A stretch of DNA of 64,000 nt from Octopus sinensis (GCF_006345805.1 NC_043013.1:62001-126000); one strand, 5' to 3'; shown: positions 37,801 to 51,923, numbered from the stretch's first letter. Made by a program: numbers and translations. The notes: generated from the letters alone by a model not told the origin.

Positions 37801-39415
37801 TTTAAATTGAATCCCAAAGAGGAAACATCCTAACTTGATTGCTAATGCACAGAAAATGCCTCTGTATTTGGTTCAACATGTGTGTGTGTGTGTGTGTTTG
37901 TGAGAGAGAGAAGCAGTGTTCAGAAAACCGATGGGTATCAAAACAAAATATTGCAACTAAATGACTGACCAATCATATCAACCAGCTGTACTGCACCATA
38001 CGCCCAGAACCCTCATTCGGACAAACTACTTGAAAGTTTCATGTCAAAATCAAAGTTTCATCTCAAAATCCATTGCCTTACGATTTTTTAGGGTCTTCCT
38101 TTTATAAATATAAATTTTTCTTTAATCAACTTTTTTTTGTTTGTTTTTTTCTTTATGGTGTGCTTGACTAAAATATCACATAACCAGCTAGAAATAACAG
38201 CTAAATCTCTATCACCGACCACCTTAAAAAAGCACATTGGCTCGTATAATGCTGGATATACTTTGATTCTAAAAAAATAAAAATAATGAAAAAAAAAATG
38301 AATGTACACAGATAGAATGCCTCACCTTTAAGCTTAGGTGTGTTTAATCTGGACTTAATTGTGTCTGAATAATATCCATAGGCAAAGGCATGGCTGTGTG
38401 GCTTAGAAGCCCACTTTGCAACCATGGGATTTCGGGTTCAGTCTCACTGCATGGCACCTTGGACAAGTGCCTTCTAATATAGCCCCAGGTCAACCAATGC
38501 TTTGTGAATGAATTTGGTAAATGGAAACTGAAAGAAGCTCTGTGTGTGAACACCAGTTTCTCACCACCACCACTACTTGACAACTGGTATGTCACTTAGT
38601 AGTTCAGCAAAGGAGACTGATGTGATAATTACCAGACTTAAGTATCAGGGTCAGTGTGTTCAACTAAAACCAGTCAAGGCAGTGCTCCAGCATGGCCACA
38701 GTGTGATGACTGGGACAAGTAAAAAATAAAAGATAAATATTTTAAAATTACAGGTATTTTACTAAAATTCTCCAAAATTTTGATTATATTAAGTACTTAA
38801 ATGAAACACTATCAAGTTTAGTCATTAAAAATATAACCATGAAAGATAAAATAAAGCGCAATAATTATGATAAATATTGAATTATGATTAAGGAGGTCTA
38901 TAAAACTGCATAAACACTGTTGGTCATTAGAGCCCCTACCCTGGCCCAAACCACTAATGTCTTCGCTCGCTTTCTTTCACCTCCCCCACAAGGAAGAAGA
39001 CTACAGCAAAATATAGTCGAATGGAAGTTCATCAACAACCTTGATTGACTTAACTCCACTTAAGTAGCTGGCAGCTTGAAACAATAATAAAAGCCAAACA
39101 GAAGTCAACTAACAACAGTTAATAAAAAAAAACTACCTTCCATATAGAGGAAAAGGCTGCATGCACACACACACACACACAGAGAGAAAGAATTACATTT
39201 ATACATACATACACATACACATTACATACAAATGTGTGTGTGTGTGTATGAGAGAGAGAGAAGAGATCTATATTATGCAGGCCTATATACAAGTAAGTTC
39301 ACTATTTTGAACACTTGTCAAATAACAAGTTTAAAGTGCTCTTAAAGAAAGTGCTGAATAGATGAGAGATGATGATAATAATAATAATAACAATAACAAT
39401 AACAATAATAATAAT

Positions 39416-40130
39416 AAATGCCCTGATGCAGTACCAGGCAGTGGCAATGCACTGATGCAGTACCAGGCAGTGGCTATGCCCTGATGCAGTACCAGGCAGT
39501 GGCTCTCATGGCTTCTGATCTTAACTGATTGGAAGTGTCATCATGTACATTGTTTTGTCTTGGTATAAAAGATGAGCTACAGCAAATATTCTGCTCAATA
39601 CCACAGATTTGCTTGTCAGTTGTTTGACCATGACCAGTTGAGCATGTCCCTTAGTGGCTGACGATATGTGCATCTCTGATCACGAGCAGAAGTAGTGGGG
39701 GAGCATCTCTGATCACGAGCAGAAGTAGTGGGGGAGCATCTCTGATCACGAGCAGAAGTAGTGGGGGGGCATCTCTGATCACGAGCAGAAGTAGTGGGGG
39801 AGCATCATAGCCATGTGTTGAGAGGGATTCTTTGGGGTTTGAATAATTCACCTCTGGAAACATGGGTGTTTCGTTCAACATCCTTAAACAACCCTTATTC
39901 AGGGACCTTTCGAGTGGGATGGGTTACTCAACCTGAAGAAAATTCTAACTGGGCCCCACCTGCAAGGTCATGTGCTGTTTATCTTGATATGAGATCACCA
40001 TGTCGCGCACATATGGTTGTGATGCATGTGCCTGGTGTACCCTTATCAGACGGGTAGTCATGATGGGTATACTGGGCTTCGTATATTTTACCCCAGTGTC
40101 ACTTTGATGGCATGCACTGCTCTCTCACTC
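39416..40130 (+). mobile_element. Non-coding ~560-710 bp element bounded by (AAT)n, copy 1, with internal tandem expansions (3x29 bp at 39418-39504; 4x33 bp at 39670-39801)
   Basis: Collinear with copy 2 (40787-41346) and an end fragment at 33377-33409. Orientation is arbitrary. Confidence 0.75.
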
Positions 40131-40162
<32 letters not shown>

Positions 40163-40181
40163 CAACAACAACAACAACAAC

Positions 40182-40540
40182 AAACTATGCTGGATCATAG
40201 ATATAGCATGCCCAGCTGGCAACAAGGTATGCAATAAAGAAAGAAAAGTTGAGAGATATGACAGGTTAGCTTGGGAAGTTAAGCAGTTGTGGTCAATGAA
40301 AAAGTTAGTAGTAGTACCAATAATTGTCGGAGCCCTGGGAATAGTGAGTAAAAATCTCAAGAAGTACATAGAACAAATAGGGGTTGCAATAAGGGTGGAG
40401 CACTTGCAGAAAACAGCACTGCCTGAAACCGCTCGAATACTCTGGAAGGTGCTCGAAAAATAAGAGGTGTTACCTTAGTTCACTGGTAGTGAACAGCTGA
40501 CACTGTAGTACATCTCCAGCGTTAGAAGCTGTGCAAAGGG
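40182..40540 (+). mobile_element. R4/Dong-clade non-LTR retrotransposon 3' fragment (restriction-like endonuclease C-terminus and 3' UTR) in (AAT)n/(AAC)n
   Basis: CWIIDIACP...KERKVERYDRLAWEVKQLW...VVVPIIVGALG...LQKTAL..TARILWKVL*, matching the R4/Dong C-terminal signature. Confidence 0.75.
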
Positions 40541-40786
40541 AATAATAATGATGATAATAATAATATAATAATAATGTTTTCTTTATTTACCTACACCAAG
40601 GGTGAAATATTATGAAGACAAAAAAAAACCAGTAAAGTGAGGATGCTATATCATATTGCATTTGAAAAATAGGAACAGACAGATTGGGTAAACTAGAACA
40701 CTTTTGACTGCTAAATCCCAATTGCCTTAACATTGCTTGCTTTCTGTGGCTAGTCCACAAACAACAACAACAACAATAATAATAAT

Positions 40787-41346
40787 AAATGCCCTGATGC
40801 AGTACCAGGCAGTGGCTTTCATGGCTTCTGATCTTAACTGATTGGAAGTGTTATCATGTACATTGCTTTGTTTTGGTATAAAAGATGGGCTACAGCAGAT
40901 ATTCTGCTCAATACCACAGATTTGCTTGTTAGTTGTTTGACCGTAACGAGTTGAGCATGTGCCTTACTGGATCAACATATGTGCATCTCTGATCACGAGC
41001 AGAAGTAGTGGGGGAGCATCATAGCCATGTGTTGAGAGGGAATCTTTAGGGTTTGAATAATTCACCTCTGGAAACATGGGAGTTTCATTCAACATCCTTA
41101 AAACAACCCTTGTTCAGGCACCTTTTGAGTGGGAGGGGCTACTCGCCCTGAAGAAAATTCTAACTGGGCCCCACCATAAAGGTCATGTGCTGGTTATCTT
41201 GATAAGAGATCACCATGTCATGCACATATGGTTGTGATGGTGGTGCCTGGTGTACCCTTATCAGACGGGTAGTCATGATGGGTATACTGGGCTCAGTATA
41301 TTTGTACCCCATTGTCATTTTGATGGCGTTTGCTGTTCTTTCACTC
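40787..41346 (+). mobile_element. (AAT)n-bounded element, copy 2 (single 29-bp and 33-bp units)
   Basis: Aligns along its length with 39416-40130. Confidence 0.75.
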
Positions 41347-41569
41347 AATAATAATAATCCCTTCTACTACAGACAGAAGATCTGAAATTGGGGGGGGGGG
41401 GGCTAGTTGGTTACATCAACCCCAGAGTTCAACTGGTACTTATTTTGTCAACTCTGAAAGGATAAAAGGCTAAGTCAGCCTCAACGAAATTTGAACTTAG
41501 AACATAAGGACAGACAAAATGCTGCTTAGCATTTTGTTTGGCACACTAAGAATTCTATCTGCTCATGAC

Positions 41570-41601
<32 letters not shown>

Positions 41602-42135
41602 TAATAATAATAATAATAATCCTTTCTATTATAGACAGAAGAACTTGAAATGGGGGTGGCTAGTCAATTCTATTGACCCCAGAATTTGACCAGTACCTAT
41701 TTTATTAACTCCAAAAGGATGAAAGGCAAGTCAGCCTTGAAGCTGGTAAAGTTGGGGACTGCACCAGGCTCCATTATCTGTTTTGGCATATTTTCTATGG
41801 TTGAGTGCCCTTCCTAACAGCAACCACTTTACTGGGTGCTTTTTACATGGCACCAACACCAGTGCATTTTCCACCACACCAGTACCAGTGCATTTTGCAT
41901 GGCACCAGTGCCAGCAGGGTCACCAAGCAATTTTGCAAGACAAAACTCCACAACTGGAAGGCAAGGAGTAATATTGAGGCAGGGGTACCTTTGTGGCAGT
42001 CAATAGGTTAAAAGGTAGGGACATGGGTAGGTGCCTTGCTGTAGACTAGCTGCATGGATACCCCAGTTGAGTCAAAGAGTAAGATGAAAAGAGCAACAGT
42101 GGGGGGAAATGATGGCAAAGATGTGTTGAGACATA

Positions 42136-42330
42136 ACCTTGAAGGACAATGGGGTTGGTGAGGAATTGACCTTGAGGGACATTAGGGGTGGTGAGGAATT
42201 GACCTTGAGGGACATTAGGGGTGGTGAGGAATTGACCTTGAGGGACATTAGGGGTGGTGAGGAATTGACCTTGAGGGACATTAGGGGTGGTGAGGAATTG
42301 ACCTTGAGGGACATTAGGGGTGGTGAGGAA
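42136..42330. repeat. 33-bp minisatellite, ~5 near-perfect copies plus 1 degenerate copy
   Basis: Unit TGAGGAATTGACCTTGAGGGACATTAGGGGTGG. Confidence 0.95.
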
Positions 42331-42686
42331 TAAGTGAGGTGATAGAGGTTTGGACTGGGTGATGCATACACCTGGGTGTCTATGTTTATGTGCATTTGGT
42401 GTAATTAGCAGAGGTATTCACATCAGTAAACAAAAGAAATCTGCAAACATTATGTAAAACTTAACCATCTGATAAATAGAGATCGATAAAATTACTAGAC
42501 TAAGTACTGAAACCAAGATAATTGATTAAAACATTTTAAAGGTGGTGCCCCAGCATGGTCATGATTCAATGACTGAAATCAGTAAAAGAAGACAAAAATA
42601 CAAGAAAAGAACCCAGGTGATAATGTATTCAGTTCAAAGCCTTGTGAGCAGATTTGGTAGATGGAAACTGAAAGAAGCCTGTCATA

Positions 42687-42719
<33 letters not shown>

Positions 42720-45700
42720 GTGTCTTTGTGTCCTCCACCACTACTTGAGAACTGGTGTTGGTGTGTTTACATCCCCATAACTTAGCTGTTCAGCAAGAAA
42801 GACTGATAGAATAAATACCAGGTTTAAAAGAAAAAAAGTACTGCCATTGATTCACTCGACTAAACATTCAAGGTGGTACCCCAGCATGGCCACAGTCTAA
42901 TGACTTAAAACAAGTAAAAGATAAAATAAAAATATACATACATATACATATATGTAAATACACACACACAGACACACACGTAAGTCTACTCAACAAAGGT
43001 TGGCATGAGTCTAAATAATAAAAACTTATCGAATTGTCAACAGTCTAAGAAATAGCAGCCTGGCATCTTATTCAAGATATGTTAAGAATCGCATTTTGGC
43101 ATGCTAAAAGTGCTCCCCTGGCATCTTGTCCAAGACATGCTAGAAATGCCATTCTGATATTTCTCAGTAAGTGCAAGCTTAAAAAGTGAAAAAGAAAAGC
43201 TTCATCCAGCTTGAAGAATTTATACAGAGCCCCAACACACGAAATAAGTGATTATCTCTGCATCCCAAACATTTACCTAACAAAAACAACAACAATCAAT
43301 AAAGATAGCATCTAAGATGAAGGAGACTTTGTCGTGAGGTAAATAAATATCCTTTGATCTTGTTTACCTCTTAATTTGTTAGAAACAACCTGAGAAGAAT
43401 GATTTAAATTAAATGTACAAATAAAGTGTATGACAATACACACTCATACATATATACACAGATAGAGAGTATATTACTGTACATTTATATACACACACAT
43501 GCATAGATATATAAAGAGCTTGTCACTATATATTTACACATACATATACACAACAGGAGTGACACTAAATTTAAAATACACACATATAAGGTGTATACAT
43601 ATACATATATCATTATGCATATACACACATGCAAGTTTATAGACACACACTAATGTGCATGTGTATACACACATTTACTATATACACAGGAGAATTTTGA
43701 AACTGAACTTAATGCTATCTGCCTAGACAATCTAATTAAATGGAAATAAATGGTTTGGAAGTAAATTATTTATAGAAGAAGAAGTGAAACAGGTGGATTG
43801 GAAGCAGGGTGGGAGAAGGCAACAATCTGAGACTAATCAATTACCCAATTGGATTTAACATGTTAAAATTCAATCTCAACTGACAGCTAAATATTGGATT
43901 TTCTGCAAATTGTCTTTCAAAGAGATTCATCTCTTTATTTCTTTTTTTTTCCCCCTCTTCAAATTTTTGTTTTTTTTATTTTTATTAACTGGCTATATTT
44001 AGAATTCATTGATTGATTCTACAATATCTAACAAATGTGATTTCTTTCCCCTCACCACCACCACTCTCACTCTCTCTCTCTTTCTCATTTATACTCAGTA
44101 TCATCCTCACATCTTCTCATCAGTTGCTATACTGAGCCAAAGTTATCTACTGGATTTCACCTTCTACGAATCCCAAAGAACTGACAATATTGTACACTCT
44201 CCAAATGTGCAGTTGCTCACTTTTTAAAGATCCTTCAATCCAGTGTAAGGAGTGTGGAACAAGAAAATGGATGCTGTATGTCTCTGTCTACCCCACACAT
44301 CAAATATATGCAAACATCAATGTCTCTAGAAGAACAATTCTTAACTGCAAGTTTCCTGCTTTCAATAAACCAGTCTTTTCAACCATTTTTTATCTATGGA
44401 CTTTCCTGATTCCTATTTTACTTAGTTGTATCTTTATAACCATTTTGTGTCTAAAAAAAATCCCATTATACTTTTATAGATTAATATCGTTAGGAATTCT
44501 ATAAAAAATTATTAAAATACTTCATGTTTTGTAGAAGTATAACCAATCTTTTGCAGGTAAATTTTAACCACAAAATCTTGTGCGGATCCCCAAGGGTCAT
44601 ATTAGACCCTGGTTGAGAACCACTGAGATAATCCATTGGTTTATTATATCAGGTACCAACTTTGTCACCCGAGATATGAAGAATCTAAGAGTACTCTTCC
44701 AATCGTCATTTAAGGGCATCGATTAGACTACAACAGGATCCAACAGACAGAAGGACTGCAATGAAATGCCTAGAGTGCAATTAAAAACTTCTCAGGAGAA
44801 AGTCTTCCAATATCTTATTAGCCAACTCACTTCTATGCACCTTTTCTAAGACTGCATAAGACTGCATGGCTAAGTGAACATTATAGCCTCTCAAAGCTTG
44901 AGCAATTTTGTTAATTCACCACCCTACACTGGTTCTTTGTTTTATTGATCCCCCACCAAAAACAAAAACAAAAAAAGAGAATCAACAGTCAAGTTGATTT
45001 AAGCAGAAGCTGAAACAAGTAGCACACGGTATTTTATCCTCACAACTGTTAACTGGCCTTTCGTATATAAGCAAGCCATATTTTGCCCAAACATTCTACC
45101 TGTGTTTATGTTTAAACTGACTGGATCTCACTTCTCACACCTACCCTGCAATGTCATTCTAGCAATCACATCATGGAAATTTCAAAGCTACAAGTAATGC
45201 ATGATTAATTGATTGATTGATTGATTGATTCTAGTTTCAGCTTATGAGCCGTGGCCATGCTGGGGCACCACCATTTAATTCAAAACAATCTGAATAAATA
45301 TTACATTTGACATAGCAGGCTGAATGCCTAAGGGTTAAGATGCTAAAACCTTTAAGTTGTTTCCAAAAGTTCAGAGTTATTTCTGTGCCCGAGACCTTTT
45401 TTCAATAGTTCCAACCCAGTCAAACACAAAAGCAACAAAATGTCCACACATTTTTAAACTAAATTTTATAGAATGAAAGCACATAAAAAGCACCTATGCT
45501 GGTGCCACATGAAAAAAAAAAAAGCTCCCATGCTCCATGAATAAAGCACTGGTGCTAGCATCACATAAAAAACACCAAGTGGTTAGCATTAGGAAGAGCA
45601 CCCAGTCATAGAAACCAAGACAAAACAAACAAATGGGACCTGGTGCAGCCCACCAGCTCCTGCCAAACCATCCAACCCATGCCAGCATGGAAAATGAACA

Positions 45701-46784
45701 TAATGATGAGGATGATGATGATGATGATGATGATGATTTACATCTATTTACATTGTAAAACACATAACCTGTCTTGGACGAGGAATTATGTACGTCTACA
45801 ATCTGGATGACAGTTTTTATTTTTATTAATAAATAAACAGCTTTGACTTTATAGTCTTTCACTGGTTTCAGTCAGTTGTGGCCATGGCTGGGTTTAAAGC
45901 TTCTAGTTTCCATCATAGTAACTGTTCTATGGGAGAATACCTTTAAGAAACATACACACAAATTATTGAAGGTTAACTGGTGGTTTGAGTGTTGATTCTT
46001 GGGTTACTTAGTATACTCTGGTTTAAGGAAAAACGAGCAAGTGGCATCACAAGCATGAATATTCCAGACATGGACAACAGGTTGACAAAATTTTACTACT
46101 GTAGTTGAAATAAAGGGTTTGGAACAAAATTCTGCAATTGTTACTGAATACAATAAGCCACTGGAGAAGGCTAGAAGGTACAATGGCCAGGTGAGTGTAT
46201 CTAAAAACAACCAAAACAAGGCACTAGTCTGAATAAATCAGTCTACAATTAAGTATATTACAAGTACTTATTTGATTCTCAGAAGAAATGAAAAATTAAA
46301 TACAATTTTAATTTGCAATTTAAACCTCTTGATGTGAATCCATCTGCGATGACAACTTTTGGTTCCAACATACAAAGCTTTCTGTTTTAACATATTCACA
46401 TTGAAATTAAAATTATCTACCAAGTGCAGGAATAGCTGTGTGGTTAAGAAGCTTGCTTGGCAACCATGTGGCTTTAGGTTCAGTCCTAATACACAGCACC
46501 TTAGGCAAGTGTCTGCTACTGAGGGGCTCCAAGACAACCAATGCCTTGAGGGTGAATTTGGTAGATAGAAACTGTATGGAAACTTGTATGCGTGTCTGAT
46601 TCCCCCACTGGTGTTGGTTTGTTTATATCCCTGTAACTTGACAATTTGGCAAAGAGATACTGATAGAATAAATGCTGGAGTTGATTTGTACAACTAAATC
46701 TTTCAGCCCCATGACTGAAACAAGTAAGAGATGAGCCAAGCCCCAGCTTAACAATGAAAAAGTGAGGGATTTTATAAAATCTCT

Positions 46785-46998
46785 TTAACCTTTTAGAATT
46801 TAAACCTGCCATATCAGGTCCAAAGATTCTACCTATTTTAGGTTCAAACTGGCCAGATCCAGTCTCTCACACCTACCCTACAGTGTCATTTTAAAAATAA
46901 ATAATCACATCAAGGAAATCTCAAAGCTATGAGATAATGCAGGATTATTTCAAAACAATATGAGTAAACAGGCATTAATCTGAATGCTAAAGGGTTAA
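46785..46998 (+). mobile_element. piggyBac-type MITE (TTAA-flanked); other copies at 45049-45338, 47208-47434, ~50620-50820 (minus) and 57558-58067
   Basis: TTAA-CC(C)TTT(T)AG...GCTAAAGGG-TTAA termini and a shared body AAACTGGCCAGATC...CACACCTACCCTACA...GAGATAATGCA. Confidence 0.75.
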
Positions 46999-48065
46999 CA
47001 TTTTGATTATTTACCAAATCTCTTTGAAACAAATCAGGAGTGCACTTCATAAAAGACCTAACAATGGTGTTAGCTTCCAGTCAGAACATACTTTTGCTCA
47101 AACCTGAGGGCAACACTGACACAGCATCTTCTAAAATGGTATAAATACATAAACTGCAAGACTAATTGTACTTAGAGAGAGTACCAGAAAACAATGTTCT
47201 GCAATATTTAACCCTTTAGTATTTAAACTGACCATATCCGGCCAAAATATTTAATCTGTTTTATGTTCAAACTGACCAGATCCAGGCTCTCACACCTACC
47301 CTACAATGTTATTCTACATTAAGTAATTACACCATCAAGATTTTGAAGATATGAGATAATGCATGATTAATTTAAATCAATGGGAATCAATAAGCATTAT
47401 GTTTGATAGGATAATCAGAACGCTAAAGGGTTAATTATGGCCAAAGGTAGCAAAGCTGGAAAAATTGTTAACGTGATGAGCAAAATGCTTTGCCTGTCTT
47501 TATGCTCCGAGTTCAAATTCTGCCATGGTCAACTTTGCCTTTCATTCTTTCGGGGTGAATAAAAGAGGTGCCAGTTGAGTACCAGGGTCAAGTAATCAAC
47601 TTACCCCCACCCACTAAATTTGCTGGTCCTTGTGCCAAAATTTGAAGCCAATATTTAATTAGGGCCTTTACATTCCCATTTCAAATCCCAACAAAATTGC
47701 TTTTCCTCCTTCCAAGATGGATAAAGTACTAATCAGAAATTAGGGCTGATGTAATCAAGTAACCCCTTCCCCTCAACATTTTTGGTCTAATGCCAATGTT
47801 TGGAAATTATATTTATTCCAATTAGTGTGAATATTCACATATTCACTGCTTCTTTTTTTTTTTTTTGTTCTTTCCCATTTTTTTTTGTAGAACTATTAAT
47901 GCGTATGTTTACTGGTGTTATCCTAAACCTTCCTGACAGCATTACCATTATGGTATTATATGGTGCATACATTGTAAATAAAAATAAATCCTTGAATTCT
48001 GAAACGTATCTGGCTCCCTGGGGTTTTGTACAAAGTATTGTAAGCCCCACCCAACCCTACATGGC

Positions 48066-48112
<47 letters not shown>

Positions 48113-48670
48113 TGCATGTACACATTGAAAATTGTCAAGACAAAATTTGAGAAATCAAGGTAACAATACTACGATAAGGTAAGCTATATAAGGTAGGTGG
48201 AAATACAGGTGAGGAAAGGTAAAAATAGTGAGAATGAAGAAACTTTCAAGAAGACTATACAGGGAACAGCATGTGTGCATACGTGTGTGTGTGTGTGTGT
48301 GTGTGAGTGAGTGTGTGTGTGTACACATGCATACGTGCACATACAGACAGGGACAGTATAACTCCAGGAAATCACCCCATTTAACAAACACAGGATCTAA
48401 GACATTGAAAGAACCAGAGAGGTCTTCAAAGTGAATAAGATAACATCTTTGGAAATTGCTGTTTTCTTATTTTTTAAATAGATAATTCAGACGTATTCTG
48501 TTTCATTTTGTTTCTTAGTCTTTTCCTTCTTTCATTTCATTTCTTTCTTTCTTTTTCTTCTTCCTTCACCAAGTTATATGAAAATAGATATTTCTCATAT
48601 TAAAAAGAAAAAAGCAACCAGTGAAAGGAATGTATTAGGAGTGAGAGAGAAAGAGAGAGAGAAAATGAAG

Positions 48671-48702
<32 letters not shown>

Positions 48703-49380
48703 GAGAGTGAGAGAGTTAGACAGACAGACAGACATGCAGTAAGACCAAGTTTGTATTCACACACACACACACATACAGAAGTAATGGTGATGGAGGCAGC
48801 AGCAGTAGTAGTAGTAGTAGTAGCAGTAGTAGTAGTAGAAGAAAGGTGCAGCTACCATGAATGAACGCCGGCAGTTGGTGGTATCGGGTTTCCTACCTTT
48901 GGTCTAAAACTGGTAAAATAGCATCCAGATTGCCTCCTCTTCCTTCACCTCCTCACCACTGTTTACAACATCACTTTTCAAGACAAAAATGGTGATAGAC
49001 ACGCAAACATATATACATACATCATGTATGGAATACAGACGTGTGTGTGTGTGTGTGTATTATATATATATATATATATATGTATACATTACACAAGCAC
49101 ACATATATATATATGCATATATATAACATAGAGAAAACATCTAAAAATACAACAAAATCAAAAATTACAAAAAACCTTAGAAATATTTATTCTTAAAGAA
49201 AGAAAAATGTATTTTATATAAAATTTGTTTGTTATTTTTTTAATTGAAAATTTGCAAATCATTTTCATAAATTATATTTTGCCCTGTAACACCTGACATT
49301 GCAGTCTACAAATAAAAAACAAAAATAATATCTAATATACAATTCAGATCCAGACGTAAATAGAAAAATGTATCAACATG

Positions 49381-49411
<31 letters not shown>

Positions 49412-51680
49412 TGCATGTGTATACACACACACATACACACAAGATCAATGTAGAACTTATATAAAATTGGAAAAAGAAAAGTCATACACACACACACACA
49501 CATAAATAAAATCTAGAAACTAAATAGACATGCTATATAGATGAAATATAATTCCTGGGTGAAAATAGTTATATCAAATTTCCTTGATTTCTAGCAGTAA
49601 CGCTCTACTCTAAACAATGATTGGCAGCTTCTACTTCTCTATAGCAACTGTTGACGGGGATAGAGGGGAGGAGGGAGAGAGTGATAGACAGATAGAGAGG
49701 GAGGAGGGAGAAAGAGATATACAAGTAGGCTGTGGAGAAAGAGGGAGAAGCCAGCAGCAGAGCTCCTCACCAATGAATCCCTTTTATGCACTGACAATTG
49801 GCAGACAGACTCAAAGAGAACAAATTGCATGTGAGTCGTGTAACACCAGACAACTGAAGAATTGTTTTGTTATAGAAACATGTAATAAAAAATAAAACAA
49901 TAAAAAAAACCTCACAGCAATAGACACAAAAACAAAACAAAGAAATATACTTCATAACTGATGCTTTGAGAGTTAAAGGTTTCCATGTTGATAGAATTCT
50001 AGGCTATTATTGGGCAGCTGGAGTCAGGTCAGGGATTTCATAAGGTTGTCAATGATGCTTTTGATGGCTGAGACAACTGTCACAAGTGTGGTTCACATAA
50101 CTGCAAATAATCACCACTTGAGCCAACAACAGAGCCTTCATACCATCTTAGGAAAAGAAAAAGAAGATCTCTCTCATATCACACTCTATTGTCTTGAAAA
50201 GAAAAAAAAAACCAGGACACACTGAAGAATGAAGGTTCTGAGGTTGAAAACGACAAAAATGTCATGGTTGGAAGTTTTGATCAAAGACAGACCTGGGGTT
50301 AACAACTATATTCTCTATGCTCACCTCCACTGGATCCACAACCAGAACCTGTATGCTTACAAACCAACAATGGAACCTCAATGCAGTCATTCAACATGCT
50401 AGAGATAGGAGCCAAATTCCCTCAAACCATAAAAGGGAAGGACATATCAGATGACTGTTTCCTTTCTTTGTATACGACAGTTACTCTGATTATATATCTG
50501 CTCGAGTAAGATTAAGCTAAACAACAATAACAACAACAAATATGCAGAAACATTGAATACATTGTGCAAAATATGCCGAAAGATGGGATGATCATGGATG
50601 GAATAACATGAACCGTTTAGCATTCAAATTACTCCCGGCAGATGTAATGCTTGTTTATTTACATTGTATTCACTTAATCCTATTTTGTACGCAGCTTTGA
50701 GATTTCAATGATGTGGCTGTATATGTTTTAAATGACAATGTAGGATAGGTATGAGAGGCCAGATCTGGCCAGTATGAACATAAACCAGGTGGAATATGTT
50801 GGCCAGATACGACCAGTTGAAACTTTGAAGAGTTAATTTGCTCAGCCAAGGACGATTTGAGTTTAAACAACTTGCATAGAGGAATAGACTGTGCTGCAAC
50901 CCACCACACTATAAAGTTAACAACTGTATGACATTAGAATATGCAATATGGTCCTTTGGCTTGGCAAAGGAATGATGAATCTGGATAGGTCAGACCCAGT
51001 CATTCAACTGACAACTTACATAACCATGGGTCACTTTGATTCAGAGCTGAACAAGGTTTAACAGCAACTGATCTGAGTATAATTCGTCAGCAATGAGTAT
51101 CAGCAACCAACCCAACCAATCTTGAAACATAGACCCAGGAGTCCCAGAAGTTCCAGTTGACTACAAGCCAAGATAAATAATAGGAACAGACATGGCTGTG
51201 TGGTAAGAAGTTTGCTTCCCAACCATATGATTTCAGGTTCAGTCTCACTGTGTGGCACCTCTACTATAGCCTCAAGGCCAACCAAAGCCTTGTGAGTGGA
51301 TTTGGTAGACAGAAACTGAAAGAAGTCTCATTGTCATCATTCAGCTTCCATTTTCCATGCTGACATGGGTCGGACAGTTAGACTGGGACTGGCAAGCCAG
51401 AGAACTGCACCAGGTTCCAGTCTGACTTTGGCTTCATTTCTATGGCTGGATGTCCTTCCCAATGTCAACCACTTTACAGAGTGTAATGGGTGCTTTTTAC
51501 ATGTCACTGGTACAGGTGCCTCCTATGTGTCATGGGCAATGGCTACAGCTGATTTCACTTGGTTTGATGTGTCTTCTCAAGCACAACAAATCACTTCCAC
51601 AAGTTCCTTTCACAGTTAGAGATTGCCTGTCATGTGCGTGTGTATGTATGTATGTATGTGTGTGTATATATATATATATC

Positions 51681-51876
51681 GTTAATCCAAACATGAAAAC
51701 ACAACAACGTGAGGACGTGGGACAAGTATAGTATTATTGGATGCTCAGGGAAGAAGAAAAGAAGACGGGTTTAACGTTTCGAGCGGAGCTCTTCGTCAGA
51801 AACATAGGAAAAGTAAAGATCCAAAGAAGGGAAAACGGAGGGGAAAAAAATCGCCAACGGTACACACGCGGTCATA
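51681..51876 (-). mobile_element. Short PLE-like non-autonomous fragment in (TA)n carrying a hammerhead
   Basis: Unique ~200 bp with (TA)n on both sides and a hammerhead core on the minus strand. Confidence 0.55.
51769..51803 (-). ncRNA. Minimal type-I hammerhead ribozyme (35 nt), canonical core
   Basis: GTTT CTGACGA A GAGC tcc GCTC GAAA CG TT AAAC. Helix III is reduced to the palindrome ACGT, with a GUU site. Confidence 0.75.
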
Positions 51877-51882
51877 TCTAAA

Positions 51883-51923
<41 letters not shown>

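Noticed and set aside
39420-39560. Possible HDV-like ribozyme at the start of the (AAT)n-bounded element (GG followed by a 9-bp hairpin)
   Set aside because: I could not build P1, P2 and P3 or place a catalytic C. Only the P4-like hairpin is supported.
39670-39806. Regular 33-bp and 29-bp repeats, and the 42136-42330 array, as CRISPR-like arrays
   Set aside because: The units are contiguous with no unique spacers, there are no cas genes, and the context is eukaryotic.
49855-49890. CTGAAGA...GAAACATGTA hammerhead-like spacing
   Set aside because: Neither stem I nor stem II can pair.
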